Shown: piece after piece, positions 30,968-41,665 of the stretch
How positions within the stretch are numbered: the first letter of the stretch is position 1
Layout of the letters: every line of letters begins with the position of its first letter
Origin: an uncultured Poribacteria bacterium
GTDB lineage: Bacteria > Poribacteria > WGA-4E > WGA-3G
Direction: 5' to 3'
Assembly (NCBI GenBank): GCA_951813565.1
Contig: OX638351.1
Coordinates: forward strand, 992,001 to 1,056,000
Length of the DNA stretch: 64,000 bases
Program-made: the position numbers and the translations under genes
The notes under the pieces: model-generated
The model's database searches: none
What the model saw: the letters and a program-made list of their open reading frames with translations, nothing else
Told to the model about the DNA's origin: nothing

Positions 30968-31717
30968 TTAGGATTTCACGGATGACAGGAAATCGCTCAA
31001 TTCATGCAGATGAGAGAGTTGGACATCTACGACGGATAGGTCAGGACATTCTTTTTGCTGATTTCCAACCATCCAGGCAGTCCACATCCCGACCTTCTTT
31101 GCACCTACCATATCTGCTTTATAACTATCACCTACATAGATAGCTTCTGATGGCACAACATTCAGTTCGGATAAAGCGGCTTCAAAAATGCGTTGATCTG
31201 GCTTTGCTATGCCGAATACTGTTGAATCGATGATGACATCAAGCAATGGTGTGAGTTGGTATTCATCACACCATCCGCGCGTATTACCGAAGTTATTACT
31301 TATGACACCAAGTTTATAACTCCCATGCAGTGTTTTGAGCCATTGAAGGTTTTCTGATAGCCTCAGGGAGACTCCTTTGCAGAACCATTCCACATATTCG
31401 TCTTTCAATTGATGACTCAAGTCAAGCCGTTTAAAAATACCCGCACCGATTGCATCGGCAGTTTCTCGCAATGTGCAATTTGCCGCTTCACTATTTGCAA
31501 CCGCGCCGACAGGCAACATTGAACCTTCTTGATAAGACCACTCAATAGAAGCGTCACCGAGTGCAAATTCTGTTATTGTAGCTTGATCTGCTACATCAAA
31601 TTCCTCACGTGTGATTTCAGGATGATGTTTTTGGATAAACTGATATGTTCGTTCTAACCAGTGGGTGCCGTTCCCATCTAAAGTGCCACCAAAATCAAAA
31701 ATTAATGCTCGGATCAT
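30968..31717 (-). CDS. HAD-superfamily hydrolase
   Basis: FDFGGTL, ISN, KPDQRIF and VGDSYKAD motifs. Confidence 0.9.
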   Translation of the reverse strand: MIRALIFDFGGTLDGNGTHWLERTYQFIQKHHPEITREEFDVADQATITEFALGDASIEWSYQEGSMLPVGAVANSEAANCTLRETADAIGAGIFKRLDLSHQLKDEYVEWFCKGVSLRLSENLQWLKTLHGSYKLGVISNNFGNTRGWCDEYQLTPLLDVIIDSTVFGIAKPDQRIFEAALSELNVVPSEAIYVGDSYKADMVGAKKVGMWTAWMVGNQQKECPDLSVVDVQLSHLHELSDFLSSVKS

Positions 31718-31773
31718 TTGTATTCGTTATACCTCTTCTAAAATTTATGTCTATTCGTTCGGATTTTTCTAAT

Positions 31774-32121
31774 TTAACCTAAGTTGCCACCTATGTAGCA
31801 CAAACTTTATGAAGATTAATTTTTTAATTCGGTAATTTCTTGTTAGGTATATTCTGAATATGTCAAACGCTCTTCAGTCCCGACAAATGCCACACGCGCA
31901 TTTGTCGGGACTAAAGAGCGTGTCCGCAACGTTTTCTATAAACATATCGTCCCTACGGGACTAAGGAAAATACCGAATTTATTTTTTAATCTTCATTTAG
32001 TTTGTGCATATTAGGACGCAAACTGAAAGTTTGCGCTACGATATTTCACGAATAATGAACTGTTCTCTATTAAAAATGGCGTCTGTGTGTCTAAAATCTT
32101 ATAGGTAGCAACTTGGGTTAA
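31774..32121. mobile_element. Nested MITE/REP stack
   Basis: Outer 21-bp IR (2 mismatches); inner ATGAAGATTAA/TTAATCTTCAT element at 31809-31996; hairpin at 31867-31921. Confidence 0.75.
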
Positions 32122-32305
32122 TTTAACTGAAGAGTGTGCATAAATATTTCAATGTCATACTATGTGCTTAAAGGTAGTAGGCACATGCCGTGGGTTTCCG
32201 TCCACAAGTTAAAAAGCATAAAATGAATTGTGCGACTATAAACGGCATTTCTATAAATCAAGAGTCTCTAAAGGCTGTTTCTGCCTATATTGCTGCGCAA
32301 AATAA

Positions 32306-33367
32306 TTATGCACACCCCTCATTTAACTTTGTTACTAATGCTTTTATAACCTCAGTTGTGTTTATTTTCTGCATGCACAAGTGCGGTGTATCCTGTCGAT
32401 GGCATGTGCGTTTATAACACGGTCTACACGATACAGGTTTCTCAATGACGGTATGTCCTGTGCCATAAGGTTGGTGACGGTTTGGATCTGTTGGCCCAAA
32501 AAGTGCTACAGTCGGAGTTCTAACAGCAGCAGCTATGTGCATCGGACCACTATCACAAGTTAAACAGACTTCACAACGTTCTAACAGTGCGCCAAGCTCC
32601 AATATATCTGTTTTTCCTACAAGATCAATTGTAGATTCTGAATGCGGTAACTTTTCCACGAGTGCTTGTTCTGAAGTTGAACCAGTTAAAACTATTTTGA
32701 CATTGGGAGCAACACTTGAAATTTGATTGATAACCTCAGCAAAATTACGCACGTCCCACTGTTTCGTCCGCCATGTTGTGCCTAAATTAACTACTATGAG
32801 CCGCTCATTAGAAGATACTCCTGCATTCTGAAGTCGTTTTTGAATAGATTCACGATCAGCATCTGTATGCCAGAATTCTAAATTGGTTGATAAGAGACTG
32901 CTGGTTGTGTCGCCTGAATTTGCATCAGGAACAGTATTTATATTTAGTAAATGTAGAACGCTTAAATAACGATTAACTTCGTGAAGATTGGTGTTATGTG
33001 GAGAAGATGCAGTGAGTAAAATACCCCGCCCCTTATAGTTTGATCCAACTCGGATTGGGACTCTTGCTATGAACGGCAGCAATGCGTTACGGAACGAGGT
33101 AGGGTGTAAAACAACAGCGATATCAAAATTATTTCCCTTTATCTGACGCACCAATTGTATAAGTGATCGGTATTGACCATCGGTTTTTGTGTCAACAACA
33201 TAGTTGTCAACATAAGGATTCGCTTTCATTAAGTCAACGACAAGTGGCCGCAACAGAACCGTCAGACAGGATTCAGGATACGCCTGCTTGAGCGCTCGCA
33301 AGGCAGGCGTAAGTAGCACCATATCACCAATCCAAGCACCTGTGTGACACGCAAGAATTTTTTGCAT
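32306..33367 (-). CDS. GT9 glycosyltransferase (LPS heptosyltransferase-like)
   Basis: WIGDMVLLTP and DSGPMHIAAA..PTVALFGPT motifs. Confidence 0.9.
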   Translation of the reverse strand: MQKILACHTGAWIGDMVLLTPALRALKQAYPESCLTVLLRPLVVDLMKANPYVDNYVVDTKTDGQYRSLIQLVRQIKGNNFDIAVVLHPTSFRNALLPFIARVPIRVGSNYKGRGILLTASSPHNTNLHEVNRYLSVLHLLNINTVPDANSGDTTSSLLSTNLEFWHTDADRESIQKRLQNAGVSSNERLIVVNLGTTWRTKQWDVRNFAEVINQISSVAPNVKIVLTGSTSEQALVEKLPHSESTIDLVGKTDILELGALLERCEVCLTCDSGPMHIAAAVRTPTVALFGPTDPNRHQPYGTGHTVIEKPVSCRPCYKRTCHRQDTPHLCMQKINTTEVIKALVTKLNEGCA

Positions 33368-34239
33368 CAAAAATAAAACGGATTTGACCAAGCCTTTTTA
33401 CCTGTCTCATCCATCACTTCAATTCTTACGTATTTCGTACTTTCAGAAACGGTATATGTTGCTTCTGTGAGGAGTTCACCATTTGATGGAAGGAACCGCC
33501 TACCACGGCTACGTTCGGCTTTAAAAACAATTGATTGTGCTTCTGAACACCTGACAGTCATCTTATTATCAGTAAGGTTAATATCCTCAATTTCTGGGCC
33601 GAGTGTTGAATAAAATGCACCTGTTCGGAGTGCCTCCATAATCTTATCAAGTGTCAATTCTTGTGCTTTTACCATTATCCATCCGTGAAAACAGTCGTGC
33701 TCTGTGCCGTGTGCATCGTCAGCTGCAATACCGTGTACCGGTCCACATTTGTCCAATAAGTCATCCCATGACTGCTCCGAAAAACCCTTGCCGATTCCCA
33801 TACAGGTGTCGTTATAGACTTCAACAGCAAAGTAACCCCGCAACGGTAGATAGTCAGAAATTGTGTGTCCACACCAGTAAGGGTGGCATAAAACCGCTTC
33901 TCCGCCTTGCTCTTTTATGTCATCAATCACCGCATTCGGATGCATCTTTGCACAATTCACTGGTTCATGGATATTTATCGCAACAAAGTGGTATGTACCG
34001 CCTCCATAAGGATTTGATGGATGAACTTCGCTACCTGATATTGCCAAAAAGTCAGATGTGCTATAAGCCTGCACATCGTTAACTTTTCGATGATCTGTTA
34101 ACACGAGGAAATCATAACCAGCGTCTTGGTATGCCGCGAAACGGTCTGGGATAGAAAGCTTACCATCAGATTCGGTGCTGTGACTATGTGTATTACCTCG
34201 GTACCATTGCCCCGTTTGCTGAAAAGGATTTATATTCAT
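33367..34239 (-). CDS. PHP-domain metallohydrolase (CehA/McbA-like)
   Basis: GNTHSHSTESDG, LTDH, HP, DDAH and AWSNP motifs. Confidence 0.85.
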   Translation of the reverse strand: MNINPFQQTGQWYRGNTHSHSTESDGKLSIPDRFAAYQDAGYDFLVLTDHRKVNDVQAYSTSDFLAISGSEVHPSNPYGGGTYHFVAINIHEPVNCAKMHPNAVIDDIKEQGGEAVLCHPYWCGHTISDYLPLRGYFAVEVYNDTCMGIGKGFSEQSWDDLLDKCGPVHGIAADDAHGTEHDCFHGWIMVKAQELTLDKIMEALRTGAFYSTLGPEIEDINLTDNKMTVRCSEAQSIVFKAERSRGRRFLPSNGELLTEATYTVSESTKYVRIEVMDETGKKAWSNPFYF

Positions 34240-34388
34240 TGTGTACTCCTTGCATGTTGACATGATTTTCTGAATTGATAAGGGATACTGCTAAGTTAGA
34301 TATATATTTTGAACGTTCAGAGTTCCAGCATCACACTACTCAATTTTAACATATTCAAAAACCTTTTGTCAATATGCGGTGTGTAAGG

Positions 34389-34483
34389 GGGTGTGTAAAG
34401 TTTTTGTAGAAATCCGCCCTACAGTGGAAAACGCCGCGTAATCATTGTAAATTGAACCTATGTAACCAAATATTTACAGGCTC
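34389..34483. mobile_element. MITE, second copy of the 22876 family, without the hairpin
   Basis: Shares GGGTGTGTAAAGTTTTTGTAGAAATCCGC and CCTACAGTGGAAAACGCCGCGTAATCATTG. Confidence 0.75.
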
Positions 34484-34642
34484 GTCAGAATATTCAGCGT
34501 CATTTAGTTGTCCGAATATTGTAGGATCGATCTCTGATGGCGACCTTCAACCTATTGGGACTACATTGTCGGGAATCGGAGTTCCCTCCTACTAAAATGG
34601 AAACCATGCTTGGATAGGATACGGAAATCTGATCAACGATGT

Positions 34643-35473
34643 TTAGCGCCAACAACCATCTGTATACGCCTCACGATCAAATAATTTCTGACGGAACGGT
34701 GTCGCTTGTTCTATCCATTCCTGGGGTATTTCTTGGGTGTAACGATGCGGAGGTCCCGCCTCTTTGAAAATATCTATAGCGAAGATACGATAAAGCTGCG
34801 AAGAGTCTACAGGTTTCGCTTCTACGCCGTGAAAAATGCGAGCGTCAATGTAGACCATACTGCCCGGTGGCAATTCAAGCCGTTTCTCTTCCAGTTTGCG
34901 TCCAGCTTCTTCGTCGAAGTCACCTGCAAGCATCCGTTCTGGTGTTGCCTCTTGCGTCGGTGCGACCTTGTGGCTGCCGGGTATAACTTTGAGATTCCGA
35001 TCACCGCGCGTGAAACCGTTTGGATAGTACAGAATCTGGATGTAGTAATTGTCGCGTTCCGCGAGGTTGATCGGGTTCTCGTGCTTCCAATGGTGATGGT
35101 CCTGATGGAATTGAATCGGCCCGATCCCGCGGGGTGCGATGTTGAGTGCGGAGTGACAGAAGTGATACGCGTCACCGATCGTTGCGCTTATTAGTGCTGT
35201 AATAAAGGGATCGTCAATAAGTCTGTCGCTGTACTCACGCCGTTCATTCCATGGACGAATAAAATAGGCGCGTTCCTGTTTTTCACCGTTTTTCAACGTC
35301 TCAATGTACTGGCGCGTAGGTTCAAAATGCTGCGTTATCTCTTCAATCAAGCCTTCTCTTCCATCGTCAGTGAAAACATCTGGGTAAGCAATGTATCCAT
35401 CGTTATGAAATGAATTAATGTCTTCCTGCGAGGGACCTGATAAGCGAAAAAGTGAATCAAGTTTATTTTTCAT
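34643..35473 (-). CDS. Phytanoyl-CoA dioxygenase (PhyH) family 2OG/Fe(II) oxygenase
   Basis: FHNDGY, HQD, VIPGSH and PGSMVYIDARIFH motifs. Confidence 0.88.
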   Translation of the reverse strand: MKNKLDSLFRLSGPSQEDINSFHNDGYIAYPDVFTDDGREGLIEEITQHFEPTRQYIETLKNGEKQERAYFIRPWNERREYSDRLIDDPFITALISATIGDAYHFCHSALNIAPRGIGPIQFHQDHHHWKHENPINLAERDNYYIQILYYPNGFTRGDRNLKVIPGSHKVAPTQEATPERMLAGDFDEEAGRKLEEKRLELPPGSMVYIDARIFHGVEAKPVDSSQLYRIFAIDIFKEAGPPHRYTQEIPQEWIEQATPFRQKLFDREAYTDGCWR

Positions 35474-35482
35474 AAGTTAACC

Positions 35483-36955
35483 TCACATTCTGCTGTGCCC
35501 TTTCTGCTTAAACCTTTCCAACAATGCCGTTAACCGTTCCACAATCTCCGGACGGCTTGACCATAGGTTATCTGTTTCATACGGGTCGTCGAAAATATGA
35601 TATAGCTGCCCTGGAGTGCCCGCCTCAGGAGCACTACCACGAGGTGGAGGCCACCCTCCTGAACCTTGTGTTTCCAGAATTAATTTCCATTCTCTGTGCC
35701 GTATAGAAAAAACACCATTACTGGAATGATGCACAATAGCCTCTCGTAGCGCTTTTTCCGTCTCTTCACCTAACAGTGCTGGTAAAATGTTACAACTATC
35801 CTGTCCAGCATCATCGGGAACATCCGTTCCAACAATTGTCGCACACGTCGCCATCAAATCAGTCAGACACACCAATTCATCGGTTGCAGTATTTGGTTCA
35901 ATGACACCGGGCCACCTTGCGATTAATGGCTCACGATGTCCGCCTTCCCAAATATGCGCCTTATAGCCGCGCCAGTCTCCGCAAGATTTGTGGTCGTAAA
36001 GATGATACGGCATTGGGCTATTATCGCCCTGAATTCGGTCGCCGGGTAATGCGCCGTTGTCGCTTGTGACGAAAATCAGTGTATCGTCTGTTTTCCCTGT
36101 TCGGTCTAAAGCCTCCATTACCTGACCTACGATCCAATCCACTAACCAGACTAAATCGCCACGAGGGCCGGCATCACTCTGTCCGCGCGCGAATTCTGGC
36201 ACGACTTCCTCAACACACGGTTCATGCGGTGCCGAGGGTGTCAAATAAAGAAAAAACGGCGCATCCGAATCGGCTTGTCCATCAATATATTCAACAGCTT
36301 TCTGCGCAATCATCGGGTCGGCATCTTTATGTTGCCAACTCGGAGCAGTCATACCCGGTCGACCTGTAAAATCTGGCACGCCACGGTATTCACTTGGAAT
36401 TTCAACAAAAGCCTCATTTTCAATAAAGCCGTAAGGAGGTTGACATGTTGGGCAACCTGCGGTCCCATAGAAATAATCAAAACCAATATCAATTGGCCCG
36501 CCTGTCAACGGCGCGCGAAAATCAATATGTTCTTCCAACTCACGTTTTGCATTACCCCATGGTAACGGAGCATCAAAATCGTGATCGTATCCTGGTTTCG
36601 TTGAAAATCCGATTCCTAAGTGCCATTTACCGACACATGCAGTATTGTAACCTACATCTTTCAGCAAGCTTGCTACTGTCAAACGTTCTGTCTCAATTAA
36701 AGGAGGTTCGTAGCCGTAAAGCACACCGCGCTTTAGGCGACTCCGCCAGCAATATCTGCCTGTTAAGACACCGTATCGGGTGGGTGTACAGACTGCAGAT
36801 GGGGAATGTGCATCGGTGAAGCGAATGCCTTCTTGCGCAAGTTGATCCATATTTGGGGTGGGAATTTTTGAATCAGGGTTGTAGCAGCCGACATCGCCGT
36901 AACCCATATCGTCTGCCATAATAAAAACGATATTTGGTAATTTTTGATTGTCCAT
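35483..36955 (-). CDS. Sulfatase (arylsulfatase A-like)
   Basis: ADDMGYGD, FGly motif CTPTR..LTG, GKWHLG, SDNG. Confidence 0.95.
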   Translation of the reverse strand: MDNQKLPNIVFIMADDMGYGDVGCYNPDSKIPTPNMDQLAQEGIRFTDAHSPSAVCTPTRYGVLTGRYCWRSRLKRGVLYGYEPPLIETERLTVASLLKDVGYNTACVGKWHLGIGFSTKPGYDHDFDAPLPWGNAKRELEEHIDFRAPLTGGPIDIGFDYFYGTAGCPTCQPPYGFIENEAFVEIPSEYRGVPDFTGRPGMTAPSWQHKDADPMIAQKAVEYIDGQADSDAPFFLYLTPSAPHEPCVEEVVPEFARGQSDAGPRGDLVWLVDWIVGQVMEALDRTGKTDDTLIFVTSDNGALPGDRIQGDNSPMPYHLYDHKSCGDWRGYKAHIWEGGHREPLIARWPGVIEPNTATDELVCLTDLMATCATIVGTDVPDDAGQDSCNILPALLGEETEKALREAIVHHSSNGVFSIRHREWKLILETQGSGGWPPPRGSAPEAGTPGQLYHIFDDPYETDNLWSSRPEIVERLTALLERFKQKGHSRM

Positions 36956-36990
36956 AATACACCGATAGAGAATAGTGGTTATAAACCCTC

Positions 36991-38094
36991 CTATTTTAAT
37001 TTCTCCTTTAATTCCGTGAGTTCTTTGTCAATTGATTCGTCTTCCGCGTAATTCGCAAATTCACGATGCAATTTGACGTCCTTAAATTCAATATCTACTT
37101 CGGAAGCTGCTTTTGCCAAAGCTGCAGCTTCACTTACGTTTTGTCCCATCTTCTTAAGCATCTCAAAAGCTTTATTGTCTTGCAGTTCAGACAATGTTTG
37201 TTGCAGATGTTCTTGGGCATCAACATTTCTGTGTTTTGCAATTACAACTTCTCTTTCTCGCTGTGTTTGCTGTGTTTTTTGCTGGAGTGTGTCAAGAAGT
37301 GTTGTGAGGTGTTCAACTGTCTTTTTTTGTTCTTCCCACTGTTCCTTGTATCGCCTTGCGATTTGTCTATATTCATTACGTTGTGCAAGGTCTTCACGTG
37401 CTAAATCATCTCGTTCCGCCTTAAGCGCGATGATGGCACGTTCTTCACACTTTTCTGCTTGTGCAATTGCTCCGTCATGGGCATTTTGAAACTGTTTTTC
37501 TATTCCGATGGAGGCGTCAACTTTCTGCTTTGCTTCTGAAAAACGATTTGTAATTTCCAGGATCACATCCTCTAATATCTTTTCCAAATCGGTTTCTTTA
37601 TCTATTTTTTCATCTTCGGAGACAATTTCGATTTGAGGAGAGTCGAGTTTGATAACGACCGTTTTCGCAAGTTTATCACCCATTCGCTGTCTGCCTTTTC
37701 CTAAGGCGAATAACCAGTCAATAGGTTGAAATATGGCAGCAAAACGACGAACGAACGCATCTTTATAGTTTGCTTGTTCTCCATCCTTCAAACGGACTAT
37801 TTTAAGAGATAATAATCTCTTTCCAAATCCTCCTCCATCTTCACGTCCGTCCATAAAAAAATAACCATACATCCACAATAAAATGCTTAGGACAAAGAAG
37901 GTAGTTGTGGCGGGATCATCGCCAAACATCATATATTCGTCAAAATCAGTGAAAATTACGGATTGTAAAAGTCCTATTAGCCATAATATAATTTGGCAGA
38001 ACCCCAAGAAACCGATGTCCAGCAAAAACGCACCTAACCTTGCCCAACGAGATGCCAATTTAAACTTTTCTCCAGCGATCTTAACAATAGACAT
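36991..38094 (-). CDS. RDD-domain / PspA(IM30) fusion protein, paralog 2
   Basis: RDD part: LASRWARLGAFLLD..FGKRLL..QRMGDKLAKTVVI. PspA part: DLEKILE..DDLAREDL..IDKELTELKEKL. Confidence 0.85.
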   Translation of the reverse strand: MSIVKIAGEKFKLASRWARLGAFLLDIGFLGFCQIILWLIGLLQSVIFTDFDEYMMFGDDPATTTFFVLSILLWMYGYFFMDGREDGGGFGKRLLSLKIVRLKDGEQANYKDAFVRRFAAIFQPIDWLFALGKGRQRMGDKLAKTVVIKLDSPQIEIVSEDEKIDKETDLEKILEDVILEITNRFSEAKQKVDASIGIEKQFQNAHDGAIAQAEKCEERAIIALKAERDDLAREDLAQRNEYRQIARRYKEQWEEQKKTVEHLTTLLDTLQQKTQQTQREREVVIAKHRNVDAQEHLQQTLSELQDNKAFEMLKKMGQNVSEAAALAKAASEVDIEFKDVKLHREFANYAEDESIDKELTELKEKLK

Positions 38095-38352
38095 GATCCG
38101 TATTTCTCCATCTTATTAGAGTTTATCATTACCAAAGAAGGTGGTTAAATCTTGTTCTATGGTGGGTACTCCATTTAAGGAAAAATTACACTTGAGGTAG
38201 GTGACAGTTCTGTCTGATTTGAATCAAGATGAGACTTCTTAATCTGAATATTGGTAGATATTGAAATTAATTGGACACTCTACACCAGCGAGGTTTGGAC
38301 ACCTCGCCTACCGCGAAACGAAAGTTATTATTAATTTTCAGGATTGTTATGT

Positions 38353-39423
38353 CTATTGTAATTTCGCCTTTAATTCTGCTAAGTCGTTGTCAAGGGATGC
38401 TTCTTCAGCATAACCAGCAAATTCTTTGTTTAACTTTGTATCCCTAAGATCAATATCCACTTCGGACGCTGCCTTTGCCAATGTCGCAGCTTCACTTACA
38501 TTTTGCTCCATTTGATTGAGCATTTCAAAAGCTGCACTATCTTGAACCTCTGTCAATGTTTCTTGCAGGTGTTGGTGTGCATCAACATTTCTGTGTTGTG
38601 CGATAACAATATCCCTTTTTCTTTCTGCTTCTTCAGTCTTCTGTTGCAATGTTTCAAGGAGCGTAGTGAGTTCTGCCACGACTTGCTTCTGTTCATCCCA
38701 TTGTGCTTTATATCGGTTTGCTAGTTGGCGGTATTCGTTCCGTTGTGCGAGGTCTTCCCGTGCCAAATCTTCCCGTCCTGCCTGAATCGCTATAGTTGCG
38801 CGCTCCTCACACCGTTCCGCTTGGACAACTGCCCCTTCATAAGCGTTCTGAAACTGCTTTTCAATCCCAATAGAGGCATCAACCTTCTGTCTCGCCTCAG
38901 CCAAACGGTTTGTCATTTCAAGGATAGCATTTTCTAAAACTTTTTCGGGGTCTTTTTCAGTTTCAGTTTCGGCTTTGGCTGCGATTTCTTCAAGATAAGG
39001 CTCATATTTAACGACAACTGTTTCAGCGAACTTATCCCCCATCCGCTGCTTTTTACCACCGAGGGCAAAGAGGAGATCAAACGGCTGGAAAAAACCTGTG
39101 AACCGACGAACGAATGAATCCTTGAAGGAACACGGTTTACCATCTCTTAACCGAATAACTTGTAATGACAGTACCCTTTTGCCGAATCCTTGTCCGTTTT
39201 TGAATCCATCCATGAAAAGTAGCCCGGCACTCCATACTAAGAAATATAGCAACGGAAATAAAGGTAGCATAAAAGGACGTTGAAACATGAATAGCAATCC
39301 CAACAGGCTGACTATAATGGAAGAGCAAAAAGAGGTGGCAATTAGATCAAATAAGAGCGCGAACGTCCGAGCAGCTCGTGACGCCAATTTGAATTTTTTC
39401 CCTGCTATCTCAAGTAGTTTCAT
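38353..39423 (-). CDS. RDD-domain / PspA(IM30) fusion protein, paralog 1
   Basis: RDD part: RAARTFALLFD..GQGFGKRVL..QRMGD. PspA part: DPEKVLENAILEM..AIQAGREDLARE..LDNDLAELKAKL. Confidence 0.85.
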   Translation of the reverse strand: MKLLEIAGKKFKLASRAARTFALLFDLIATSFCSSIIVSLLGLLFMFQRPFMLPLFPLLYFLVWSAGLLFMDGFKNGQGFGKRVLSLQVIRLRDGKPCSFKDSFVRRFTGFFQPFDLLFALGGKKQRMGDKFAETVVVKYEPYLEEIAAKAETETEKDPEKVLENAILEMTNRLAEARQKVDASIGIEKQFQNAYEGAVVQAERCEERATIAIQAGREDLAREDLAQRNEYRQLANRYKAQWDEQKQVVAELTTLLETLQQKTEEAERKRDIVIAQHRNVDAHQHLQETLTEVQDSAAFEMLNQMEQNVSEAATLAKAASEVDIDLRDTKLNKEFAGYAEEASLDNDLAELKAKLQ

Positions 39424-39573
39424 TGTGGGAAAGTTCCTTTATATTCAGAAAACCCGTTTGTTACTGAATTATGTTTGAGCAACATTTTTTCATAGAAGAC
39501 TATTTACGGGTTTTCTCCATTATCCATTTATAATAGAGTCTTACAAAGTTAAAAGGATAGCCAAATTATGCAA

Positions 39574-40638
39574 TTACAACGTGGGAACTGTTACTGCTAC
39601 TTCGCGTCCACCTGCTTCTGAAGAATCGATGACTCCCTGAATGATAACGTTTGTGAGCAAAATCTCATAGGGATCAATAGGGGAAGGTTTACCCTCTCTG
39701 ACTGCATCAATAAATGCACTATCTTCTTCATGAAATACACTTACCGATTTAAATTCCGTGTAGGTTTCATCATGGATCTCACCATCTTTGTCGCCATAAA
39801 CACGCACACCATCTTGAGGACCACGGACTTCACCAATACCGATTCGTAATCCGGCTTTTTTGCCGAGAAAAATAGTGCCACCAAGCGAATCCATATTCAT
39901 GCACCAACATGTTTTAAACACTAAGCGTGCGCCGTTGTCAAAAACAACCCATCCTACGCCGAAATCTTCAACTTCTGTCTCTTTGAGTGCGGCATTCCAT
40001 GTATTGTGTAGGCTCAAATAATTTGAGGTAATACCAGAAACAGCAATAGGTTTGGGATGCCCCATTAGATAGAGTGCGGTATCCAATGCATAAACACCTA
40101 TGTCTGCAGATGCGCCTAAACCGGCTGTCGCTTTACGAATAAAACTGCCACCGGGATTTCCGCGCCTCCGATCTGCTACGGTTTCAGCGTAGTATATCTC
40201 ACCAAGTGTGCCAGCGTCAACAATCTCTTTTGCTTTGATGACTTGTGGGGAATAACGGAGTTTGAGTCCAATCATCAGAATTTTGTCATTTTCTACTGAG
40301 GCGCGCCACATAGCTGCTGCACCATCTAACGTAGCCTCCATCGGCTTTTCGCAGAAAACGTGTTTACCTGCGTTTAACGCTGCAACAGTCGGTGCTGCAT
40401 GTACGCCTGTAGGGGTACAAACATACACTGCTTCAATTTCGTCCATTTTGAGCATTTCGTTGTAGTCAGTAAATGTATTTTTAATTCCCCACCGTTCTTT
40501 CGCGCGTTCCAAATTTGCCGGAACCAAGTCAGATGCTGCGATAATTTCAGCACCTTTAATCTCAGCAAGCGTTCCGCAATGTGCTTGCGCAATACCACCT
40601 GCCCCAATTAAACCTAATTTGACTTTTCTCATAGTCAT
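39574..40638 (-). CDS. Gfo/Idh/MocA oxidoreductase
   Basis: IGAGGIA and GKHVFCEKP motifs. Confidence 0.92.
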   Translation of the reverse strand: MTMRKVKLGLIGAGGIAQAHCGTLAEIKGAEIIAASDLVPANLERAKERWGIKNTFTDYNEMLKMDEIEAVYVCTPTGVHAAPTVAALNAGKHVFCEKPMEATLDGAAAMWRASVENDKILMIGLKLRYSPQVIKAKEIVDAGTLGEIYYAETVADRRRGNPGGSFIRKATAGLGASADIGVYALDTALYLMGHPKPIAVSGITSNYLSLHNTWNAALKETEVEDFGVGWVVFDNGARLVFKTCWCMNMDSLGGTIFLGKKAGLRIGIGEVRGPQDGVRVYGDKDGEIHDETYTEFKSVSVFHEEDSAFIDAVREGKPSPIDPYEILLTNVIIQGVIDSSEAGGREVAVTVPTL

Positions 40639-40948
40639 CTCCTCATCATAGATTTGTTCTATAGATTTTATCTTATTTTTCTGTTAGAAGTCAAGTGAAT
40701 TTCTGACACAGAAATGTGAAAATGCTGATATATTCTGTTTCAGAGAGGCGATACCACATCAAAACATACATCCTCTCGAAAATTTCTTGATATGCAAAGT
40801 GGATTCTGGTAAAATATCTGCAGATTAACAACACGCTACTATGGTACACGCTATTCGGACATTGATACCGCTGATTGTGTAGCGAATCCGTAAGAAACAT
40901 GTAACCGTAGTCACCTATGCGTGAAACACTATCTGGAGAAGAAGAGGT

Positions 40949-41545
40949 ATGACAGCAAACGCGATAACGCTCTTTCGTCTCTTTTTAACCTTTATTGTCA
41001 TTGCTATCTTCAGACAGCATACTTACATAGATATTGCGTGCATTGTAACCATCCTTATTATTTTTATACTTGATTCGGTAGATGGTATTGTTGCTCGTAA
41101 ACAGAACCAAACCTCTACATTCGGTGCTGTTTTTGATATTGCTGCTGACAGGATTGTTGAAAATGTATTCTGGATTTACTTTGCGTTTATTACTGACTTC
41201 ATCCCGTTTTGGATGCCTATTGCAGTGGTGACGCGCGGAATTCTAACTGACGGTATCCGTGGTATTGCGCTTACAGATGGAAAAACTCCTTTTGAAATGA
41301 TGACCATACCTTGGACGCGTGCATTGACAAGTTCTCGTTTTTCGCGATTTTTGTCCGGCTTATCTAAGGTACTCGTCTTCACATTTCTCCCTGCTCTCCC
41401 AGTCCTCAAAAACACTGCGCTCAACATTACAATTATAAATACCTTTGAAACAACGTGTCTCATAATCGCATATATTGCTGTTTCAATCTGTCTGATTCGC
41501 GGATTTCCAGTGCTTGTTGATGGGTGGAAGTACATTAGAAGGTAG
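40949..41545 (+). CDS. CDP-alcohol phosphatidyltransferase
   Basis: ANAITLFR and DSVDGIVARK...GAVFDIAAD motifs. Confidence 0.9.
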   Translation: MTANAITLFRLFLTFIVIAIFRQHTYIDIACIVTILIIFILDSVDGIVARKQNQTSTFGAVFDIAADRIVENVFWIYFAFITDFIPFWMPIAVVTRGILTDGIRGIALTDGKTPFEMMTIPWTRALTSSRFSRFLSGLSKVLVFTFLPALPVLKNTALNITIINTFETTCLIIAYIAVSICLIRGFPVLVDGWKYIRR

Positions 41546-41665
41546 TGCACAGTAGATTCAACCAAGTAAGAAAATTCGAATACAGAAATCTGGAAAAGAT
41601 AACCAATTGGCGTAATCCTACCTGTATTAGTTTTTAAGCAGATTTTAAGAAAGTGTGGAGTGAAT

